Shown: piece by piece, positions 18,739 to 25,120 of the stretch
Numbering within the stretch: position 1 is the stretch's first letter
Layout of the letters: each line of letters begins with the position of its first letter
Assembly: GCF_036917555.1 (NCBI RefSeq)
Contig: NZ_JBALDD010000092.1
Coordinates: forward strand, 22,762-54,761
DNA from: Nostoc sp.
GTDB lineage: Bacteria > Cyanobacteriota > Cyanobacteriia > Cyanobacteriales > Nostocaceae
Direction: 5' to 3'
Length of the DNA: 32,000 bases
Notes under the pieces: generated by a model
Database searches by the model: none
The model's input: the letters and a program-made list of their open reading frames with translations, nothing else
What the model was told of the DNA's origin: nothing
Position numbers and translations under genes: made by a program

Positions 18739-19683
18739 ATGATGCTTAAAAAGCTGCGACTCAATTTTAGTTCTTTGTTTGGCTTGTTGCTGCTGGTGCT
18801 TTCCCTGTGGGCGATCGCTCACGAATTGCATGAGTATAATTATCGTGATATCCTCAATTCTCTAGCTGCTATTCCCAAAAGTCGCTTAAGTTGGGCAATT
18901 TGGCTGACAGCTTTGGGCTATCTAGTGATGATTGGGTACGATATCTTAGGTTTTAACTACATTAATCGTTCTTTAAATTGGAATAAGATAGCTTTCACTA
19001 ACTTTATTAGCTCTGCATTTAGTAATACCATCGGTTTTGCCTTACTGACTGGCAGTGCTATCCGTTATCGATTTTATGCTAATTGGGGAGTTTCAGCAAT
19101 TGCGATCGCTCAAGTAATTGCTTTCGCCAATTTTACTTTTTGGTTGGGGATGTTTGCCGTTGCAGGTTTATTATTCCTCATCAACCCCCTGAAGATTCCC
19201 ACTCAATTACATTTACCTTTTGCTACTGTGCGTCCCATCGGTGTGATTTTTCTGCTATTAGTTGTGGTTTATTTACTAGGAAGTATTTTTATTAAACAAC
19301 CATTAATAATTCGTGAACATGAATTTCGATTTCCTTCTATTAAAATATCTCTGGCTCAAATAGCAATTTCTAGTTTTGACTGGATTCTGGCGGCGGCAGT
19401 TCTTTATGCTTTACTTCCTAGCAATATATCTTTGTCATATCTAGACTTTTTGGGAATTTATTTATTAGCGATGTTTGCAGGTGTGGTTAGTAATGTCCCC
19501 GGTGGTTTGGGAGTATTTGAAACTATAATTTTGCTGATTCTTTCCTCAAAAATTTCGGCGGCGGCAGTTTTGGGTTCAATGTTAGCTTATCGGGGAGTCT
19601 ATTATTTCTTACCTTTGCTAGTAGCAGCAGGCTTACTAGGACTTTATGAAATTAGATTTAGATCCGAAAACTTCCGAAAATGA
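18739..19683 (+). CDS. MprF N-terminal (flippase-like) transmembrane domain protein (LPG_synthase_TM / UPF0104 type)
   Basis: About 8 hydrophobic helices. The motif FISSAFSNTIGFALLTGSAIRYRFY matches the conserved N-terminal half of MprF/LpiA proteins (from memory). Divergently transcribed from the esterase / mprF-synthase genes. Confidence 0.78.
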   Translation: MMLKKLRLNFSSLFGLLLLVLSLWAIAHELHEYNYRDILNSLAAIPKSRLSWAIWLTALGYLVMIGYDILGFNYINRSLNWNKIAFTNFISSAFSNTIGFALLTGSAIRYRFYANWGVSAIAIAQVIAFANFTFWLGMFAVAGLLFLINPLKIPTQLHLPFATVRPIGVIFLLLVVVYLLGSIFIKQPLIIREHEFRFPSIKISLAQIAISSFDWILAAAVLYALLPSNISLSYLDFLGIYLLAMFAGVVSNVPGGLGVFETIILLILSSKISAAAVLGSMLAYRGVYYFLPLLVAAGLLGLYEIRFRSENFRK

Positions 19684-19726
19684 ATCAACTATCAAGTCCA
19701 TTTTGAGGATGAACATTAAATAAATC

Positions 19727-19749
19727 CCCAACTTCTTCAAGAAGTTGGT
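19727..19749 (+). terminator. decayed ccccaacttctt/aagaagttgg hairpin downstream of the flippase-like gene
   Basis: ccaacttctt c aagaagttgg. There is no clear T-run, so terminator function is uncertain. Same family as 13019-13043. Confidence 0.4.
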
Positions 19750-19943
19750 TATCTAAGAATTTCAAGTAAGTAAAATCGATAAATAGTGCTAATTTTAAAG
19801 GCGATATCTTTACAAATAGCGGTGAAAATTCATAATTTTTGCTGAGGCGATTGCTAAACAAAGTTTCATGATTTTTTCTGTTATTTTTTAGAAACTGTTA
19901 AACTGAGAACTATAAGTAAAACCTCGTATACTTTGGGAAACTT

Positions 19944-20321
19944 ATGGAGCCAGTATCATTGACAGCTGCTGCGATCGCAACTTTGGTAATCACCAAAGCA
20001 TTTGAAAAAACTGGTGAAATCATTAGCGAAAAGGCTTGGGATGAAGGCGAAAAATTGTTAGTTCTGCTCAAACGCAAGGAACCTAGCACGGCGAAGGCTA
20101 TCGAACAGGCTAAAACACAACCTTTAGATTACAGTCAAGCTTATCTTGTTGGACAGCAAGTAGAGGAAGCGGCGAAGAAAGATCCTGAAATTGCTCAAGC
20201 TGTGGAAGCTGTAGCCAATGAGGCACAACCTCAACTGACGAACACTATTATTGAAAATTGGCAGGGGATAAATATTAAAGGTGGAACTAATACCATTTCT
20301 GGTAACACCTTCAACTTCTGA
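19944..20321 (+). CDS. 125-aa helical N-terminal module of the downstream NLR-like gene, ended by an in-frame TGA
   Basis: ATG at 19944. Hydrophobic first helix MEPVSLTAAAIATLVITKAF, a K/E/A-rich helical body, and a G/N/T-rich tail NWQGINIKGGTNTISGNTFNF. Same reading frame as 20373..23135, with only the TGA at 20319-20321 between them. Confidence 0.6.
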   Translation: MEPVSLTAAAIATLVITKAFEKTGEIISEKAWDEGEKLLVLLKRKEPSTAKAIEQAKTQPLDYSQAYLVGQQVEEAAKKDPEIAQAVEAVANEAQPQLTNTIIENWQGINIKGGTNTISGNTFNF

Positions 20322-20372
20322 CTAAAGTCGCCCCAAGAAGAATCGATACTTTCTACTGGAATACCGCAAAAT

Positions 20373-23135
20373 TTGCCCCTGAGTGGGGTGGTGGAATTTG
20401 TCGGACGTGAGGAAGAATTGAAAAATCTTCACCAACTTTTGCAGGATAATAAACAAGTTGCCATTGCTGCGATCGCTGGGATGGGTGGAGTTGGTAAAAC
20501 AGAACTTGCCCTGCAATATGCCATCCAGCGCCGCGAAACATATAACGGTGGGCTTTGCTGGTTGCTGGCAAAAACTGGAGATGTGGGCATTCAAGTTGTG
20601 CAGTTTGCGAGAACGCAGCTGGATTTAAAGCCGCCAGAAGATTTTGATTTACTCGCCCAAGTGCAATATTGTTGGCGGCGTTGGCGTGAAGGTGATGTGC
20701 TGCTAGTTTTGGATGATGTAAGTGACTACGAGCAAGTCAAACCTTACTTACAGTCGCTACCTTCTCGGTTTAAAGTGTTGATAACTACGCGCCAGAACTT
20801 GGGACGCATTGCACAGTTATCTTTGGATGTGCTGCAACCAGAGGCGGCGCTGGAGTTATTAAAGTATTTACTCAAAGAAACACCGGGGCGAATTGAAAAA
20901 GAATTAGCTTTAGCAAATCAGTTGTGTGAATGGCTGGGATATTTACCTTTGGGCGTGGAATTAGTTGGGCGATATTTGGCGCGGAAACAGGATTTATCTT
21001 TAGCAGAAATGTTGCGGCGGTTGGAGAACAAGCGATTAGAACAAGCTGCTCTTAATGAACCAGAAGCCGACATGACAGCACAACGAGGTGTGTTAGCAGC
21101 CTTTGAGTTGAGTTGGCAAGAATTAGAGGATGACGAGAAGCAATTAGGTTGTTTATTGAGTTTATTTGCCGCCGCACCAATACCCTGGAATTTGGTGGAA
21201 GAGTGTGTAATGGAGAACTTGGGTAAAAATAAAAATAAAATCCCACGTCTACTGGCCTTATTAGACATATCCTCTGGTGGAAGCTTTACAGTGTCTAGGC
21301 TGCAACTTAGTTTCTGGAGATGTCTATTGTTAAGCCTCAACTGGATATGTAACATACGATTTAAGCTTGAGAGCAAGTCTGTAGAGAAAAATGTAGAAAA
21401 TTTAGAGAAAATCAGAGACGATAGCTTAGTAAATCTACATTTACTCCAGCGCAAAGGTCAGGGAATCTATCAACTGCATCCACTGTTGCGGGAGTTTTTC
21501 CAATACAAGTTTAGAGGGTTAGATGATGCAGAGAAATTTATGCGATCGCTTTGTAAGGAAATGGTAGCAATCGCCAAAGGGATTCCTAAAACACCCACCC
21601 TTGAGCAAATCACCGCCGTCTCCATCACCATACCTCATATAGCCGAAGTAGCGAATAATCTAATTCAATGGGTCAGCGATGAAAATTTATTTTGGGTATT
21701 TACTGGTAACGCTAATTTTTACGATGGTCAGGGATTATATGATCAGGCAGAACTCTGGTATGAGCAGTGTATAGAAGTCACAAAAAAACGGTTGGGTGAG
21801 CAACATCCAGATTTCGCTGCTAGTCTCAACAACCTAGCAGGACTCTACAAATCCCAAGGCAGATACAGCAAAGCCGAACCTATTTACATCCAAGCTTTAG
21901 CACTCAACCGCAAGCGGTTGGGAAAAAAACATCCATCTGTCGCCAGCAGCCTCAACAACCTAGCAGGACTCTACAAATCCCAAGGCAGATACAGCGAAGC
22001 TGAATCCCTTTTAATCCAAGCTTTAACACTCAGGCGCAAGCGGCTGGGAAAAAAACATCCAGATTTCGCTACTACTCTCAACAACCTAGCAGGACTCTAC
22101 GAATCCCAAGGCAGATACAGCGAAGCCGAACCTCTTTATGTCCAAGCTTTAGCACTCAGGCGTAAACTGCTGGGAGAAGAACATCCAGATGTTGCTACTA
22201 GTCTCAACAACCTAGCAACACTCTACAACTCCCAAGGTAGATACAGCGAAGCCGAACCTCTTTATGTCCAAGCTTTAGCACTCAGGCGCAAGTTGCTGGG
22301 AGAAGAACATCCAGATGTCGCTACTAGTCTCAACAACCTAGCAACACTCTACAACTCCCAAGGCAAATACAGAGAAGCCGAACCTTTATCCATGCAAGCT
22401 TTAGCACTCAGGCGCAAGCTGCTGGGAGAAGAACATCCAGATGTCGCTGCTAGTCTCAACAACCTAGCAGCACTCTATGAATCCCAAGGCAGATACAGCG
22501 AAGCCGAACCTCTTTACGTCCAAGCTTTAGCACTCAGGCGCAAGCTGCTGGGAGAAGAACATCCAGATGTCGCTGCTAGTCTTAATAACCTAGCAGCACT
22601 TTATGAATCCCAAGGCAGATACAGCGAAGCCGAACCTCTTTATGTCCAAGCTTTAGCACTCAGGCGCAAACTGCTGGGAGAAGAACATCCAGATGTCGCT
22701 GCTAGTCTTAATAACCTAGCAGCACTCTATGAATCCCAAGGCAGATACAGCGAAGCCGAACCTCTTTACGTCCAAGCTTTAGCACTCTGCCGCAAACTGC
22801 TAGGAGAAGAACATCCATCTGTCGCTGCTAGCCTCAACAACCTAGCAGGACTCTATAACTTCCAAGGAAGATGCAGCGAAGCCGAAACCCTTTACAGCCA
22901 AGCCTTGGCACTCAAGCGCAAGTTGCTGGGAGAAGAACATCCATCTGTCGCTGTTAGCCTCTACAACCTAGCAGGACTCTATAAATCCCAAGGCAGATAC
23001 AGCGAAGCCGAACCCCTTTACATCCAGGCTTTGAATATTTGTGAGCGACGGTTAGGGATGGATCATCCCAAGACTGTTACTTCTCGTGATAATTTAGCAT
23101 ATATTCGCGATCGCCTCTCCCAAAATCCAGAATAA
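20373..23135 (+). CDS. NB-ARC (STAND NTPase) plus TPR-repeat protein, bacterial NLR-like; start codon uncertain
   Basis: Walker A GMGGVGKTELA, Walker B LLVLDDV, sensor KVLITTR and GLPL-type GYLPLGVEL. Then ten 42-aa TPR units (LNNLAGLYKSQGRYSEAEPLY type). The track start is a TTG with no visible SD. The open frame continues upstream to the TGA at 20319. Confidence 0.9.
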   Translation: MPLSGVVEFVGREEELKNLHQLLQDNKQVAIAAIAGMGGVGKTELALQYAIQRRETYNGGLCWLLAKTGDVGIQVVQFARTQLDLKPPEDFDLLAQVQYCWRRWREGDVLLVLDDVSDYEQVKPYLQSLPSRFKVLITTRQNLGRIAQLSLDVLQPEAALELLKYLLKETPGRIEKELALANQLCEWLGYLPLGVELVGRYLARKQDLSLAEMLRRLENKRLEQAALNEPEADMTAQRGVLAAFELSWQELEDDEKQLGCLLSLFAAAPIPWNLVEECVMENLGKNKNKIPRLLALLDISSGGSFTVSRLQLSFWRCLLLSLNWICNIRFKLESKSVEKNVENLEKIRDDSLVNLHLLQRKGQGIYQLHPLLREFFQYKFRGLDDAEKFMRSLCKEMVAIAKGIPKTPTLEQITAVSITIPHIAEVANNLIQWVSDENLFWVFTGNANFYDGQGLYDQAELWYEQCIEVTKKRLGEQHPDFAASLNNLAGLYKSQGRYSKAEPIYIQALALNRKRLGKKHPSVASSLNNLAGLYKSQGRYSEAESLLIQALTLRRKRLGKKHPDFATTLNNLAGLYESQGRYSEAEPLYVQALALRRKLLGEEHPDVATSLNNLATLYNSQGRYSEAEPLYVQALALRRKLLGEEHPDVATSLNNLATLYNSQGKYREAEPLSMQALALRRKLLGEEHPDVAASLNNLAALYESQGRYSEAEPLYVQALALRRKLLGEEHPDVAASLNNLAALYESQGRYSEAEPLYVQALALRRKLLGEEHPDVAASLNNLAALYESQGRYSEAEPLYVQALALCRKLLGEEHPSVAASLNNLAGLYNFQGRCSEAETLYSQALALKRKLLGEEHPSVAVSLYNLAGLYKSQGRYSEAEPLYIQALNICERRLGMDHPKTVTSRDNLAYIRDRLSQNPE
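21798..23057 (+). repeat. ten tandem 126-bp (42-codon) TPR units
   Basis: The period was verified by hand. The units start at 21798 plus n x 126. The units at 22428, 22554 and 22680 are nearly identical at DNA level. Confidence 0.95.
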
Positions 23136-23219
23136 GCTAGTTTTGTGCAAAGCGTACCGTGATAAAACTGAAAAGTGCGATCGCCTAGACTAAAATTCAT
23201 ATTGAATTAAGTAAAAATG

Positions 23220-23500
23220 CCATTCGACTTACTCAAAATGAGCTTTGATTTACTCAAAAGCAGCTTTGACTTTCTCAAAAGCAGCTTTGACTTTCTCATT
23301 TTGGTGTTTTCCGCAAGCAAAAGCAGCTTTGACTTTCTCAAAAGCAGCTTTGACTTTCTCATTTTGGTGTTTTCCGCAAGCAAAAGAAGCTTTGACTTTC
23401 TCAAAAGGAGCTTTTGCTTTCTCATTTTAGTGTTTTCCGCAAGCAAAAGCAGCTTTTATTTTCTCAAACCCCAGTTTGCTTTCTCATTTGAGTAATTCAC
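23220..23500. repeat. phased tandem array, 21-bp and 42-bp modules giving a 63-bp period
   Basis: Module A is agctttgactttctcaaaagc (21 bp). Module B is the same with a 21-bp insert, attttggtgttttccgcaagc (42 bp). AB units lie at 23262-23324, 23325-23387 and 23388-23450, with degenerate copies on both sides. The palindromic core AAAGCAGCTTT or a close variant begins at 23237, 23257, 23278, 23320, 23341, 23383, 23404 and 23446. Confidence 0.9.
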
Positions 23501-23596
23501 GCATTCATTTTGATATATATTGAGCCGAAAGCTTGCGTAAGCGTAGCCCGTCGGACACATCGCTCTATAAAAGAAGTGTAATCTACAGGCGATCGC

Positions 23597-23956
23597 TTAA
23601 AAAGGAATCCATTCCAACTGATCTATCCATTCTTGTGCCTCAGTAGTCTCCCAAACTAGCAATAGTTCTTGTGCTAATTGCCCTATTGGTATTCTCAGAC
23701 GCAACCAGAATAAGCCCCAAATATGTCCACCTGCTGCCCAATGTGCTTCTAAATGAGCCGGCATACTAGCGCGGTTATCTGTCATTAACAGCCGTTGAGA
23801 TAATTGTAGATAACCCAACACATCAGGATCTAAAGTTCCTAATGTTGGTGCATTACTTTCACCCACACGTAAAATATCTATCGCAGGGTTAAGACGAAGA
23901 ACAGCTACTTTCAGACGCGGTGACAAATTTTCATCGAGCAAAAAACGAACCTTCAC
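23597..23956 (-). CDS. DUF5615 family protein (PIN-like, toxin-like partner of DUF433)
   Basis: GTG start overlapping the upstream stop (TAGTG). N-terminus MKVRFLLDENLSPRL is typical of the family (from memory). Confidence 0.78.
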   Translation of the reverse strand: MKVRFLLDENLSPRLKVAVLRLNPAIDILRVGESNAPTLGTLDPDVLGYLQLSQRLLMTDNRASMPAHLEAHWAAGGHIWGLFWLRLRIPIGQLAQELLLVWETTEAQEWIDQLEWIPF

Positions 23957-24285
23957 TAAGCACTTACCTGACGTTCATTTCTTTGAGTTTTTAAGATTCT
24001 GAGGCGCTGTACCAAAGATGAAGGATTTGCAACTGATTCTTGGTAACGCTGTTCGCGCCATATTGCCAGACGTGACAGATAAGCTTCGATATCGGCGCGA
24101 TTATGGAGATAGTAAGTAATAGTAGCGTGAATTTGCTCCAAACTCAAACTAGGTAGATTAGCAGCAATTTCTTCCGGCGTATATCCTTCAAAGTAATAAT
24201 CAAGTACATTGTCAATACCAATGCGGTGTCCTTTCAGGCGAATATCATCGGCTGATAAAAAGTCAAAATAATCTTCTAGTTGCAT
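23956..24285 (-). CDS. DUF433 family protein (antitoxin-like)
   Basis: GHRIGIDNVLDYYFEGYTPEEIAANLPSLSLEQIHATITYY is the typical DUF433 core. A 1-nt overlap with the downstream DUF5615 gene implies translational coupling. Confidence 0.82.
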   Translation of the reverse strand: MQLEDYFDFLSADDIRLKGHRIGIDNVLDYYFEGYTPEEIAANLPSLSLEQIHATITYYLHNRADIEAYLSRLAIWREQRYQESVANPSSLVQRLRILKTQRNERQVSA

Positions 24286-24421
24286 TGGTTTACCCTAAAT
24301 GGAGTTCATAACTGTATTATCTCGCCTCAAAGCCTTGAATTATAGTGTTATCAAGGTTAATGCTCTAGAAAAAAAGTGTAAATTTACAAGCGATCGCCTA
24401 AAATTGGAATCTACTTCTTAC

Positions 24422-24784
24422 TTATATAGGCAATCGCCTCACCCGGAAAGTTTCATTACTTACAGAAACAATTGCTCCTACCTCTAAATATTCTTGACAT
24501 TCACTCAAAACATTTATCAAACGTTCATTAATTGCATCATAGTTGTCATTTCCTAATCTAAACAAAATAACACTGGGTAAACTATCTCCACTCACAGCTA
24601 AAAGTTGAGCAAAATCTAAATCTATAGTTAATAAAATTCTCCCTTCTGTACAGGCTTTAATTAAAATTTCATTATCTGGTAGTCTTTGCAAACCTTCATC
24701 ACGTAAATGCACAACATCATAACCATCGCTACGCAACCAAGATACAGTACGTAGTGAAATTCCCATATCTACCAAAAACTTCAT
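24422..24784 (-). CDS. DUF5615 family protein (second copy)
   Basis: I prefer the ATG at 24784 (MKFLVDMGISLRTVSWLR...), which lies 8 nt after the DUF433 stop. The longer track ORF (to 24835) would overlap the upstream gene. Confidence 0.78.
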   Translation of the reverse strand: MKFLVDMGISLRTVSWLRSDGYDVVHLRDEGLQRLPDNEILIKACTEGRILLTIDLDFAQLLAVSGDSLPSVILFRLGNDNYDAINERLINVLSECQEYLEVGAIVSVSNETFRVRRLPI

Positions 24785-24792
24785 TTTACTGG

Positions 24793-25023
24793 TTAAGCAA
24801 TTTTGAATGGATAAACCCGTTCTTGAGTCAACCACGCTGCATAAAGTAAAGATTGACGAATATCCTCTGCTTCTAAATCAGGATATTCTTCTAAAATTTC
24901 TTCTACAGGTTTTCCATTAGCTACCAAATTGACTAATAAAGAAACCGGAATTCGCATCCCACGAATGCAAGCTTGTCCACCCATAATGCTAGGGTCAAAT
25001 GTAATTCTATCTAGACCTAACAT
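24793..25023 (-). CDS. DUF433 family protein (second copy)
   Basis: ITFDPSIMGGQACIRGMRIPVSLLVNLVANGKPVEEILEEYPDLEAEDIRQSLLYAA is the canonical DUF433 signature. Confidence 0.85.
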   Translation of the reverse strand: MLGLDRITFDPSIMGGQACIRGMRIPVSLLVNLVANGKPVEEILEEYPDLEAEDIRQSLLYAAWLTQERVYPFKIA

Positions 25024-25120
25024 AAAATTATCTCTCCCAAATCTCTCTCAAAAACCAACTCCAATCCACAGCAAACGCTACCCTAGAAATCAGTATCACT
25101 CAAACCTTAAAGTTTCAACC

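Noticed and set aside
19944-20440. A two-gene amyloid-signalling (BASS-like) architecture: a small protein ending in a motif that is repeated at the N-terminus of the adjacent NLR.
   Set aside because: The 17 residues between the TGA and the conserved NB-ARC lead-in (LKSPQEESILSTGIPQN) do not repeat the G/N/T-rich tail of the small ORF. The layout fits an interrupted single gene better than a matched motif pair.
20918-21454. A 178-aa minus-strand ORF inside the NLR gene. Similar minus-strand ORFs lie at 20322..20594 and 21052..21246.
   Set aside because: They are antisense to a gene with clear NB-ARC motifs. They show no motifs or SD and have unnatural composition.
23207-23495. Three overlapping ORFs in the track (23207..23446 minus, 23217..23495 plus, 23245..23430 plus). 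I also asked whether the array might be a CRISPR locus.
   Set aside because: All repeat modules are multiples of 21 bp, so several frames on both strands stay open automatically. The peptides are pure low complexity, and no SD precedes the ATG at 23217. There are no unique spacers between repeats and no cas genes, so this is not a CRISPR array.
24929-25120. The long form of the Uma2 ORF, starting at 24929.
   Set aside because: It would overlap the DUF433 gene on the opposite strand by about 95 nt. The Uma2 family signature begins right after the internal ATG at 25121.
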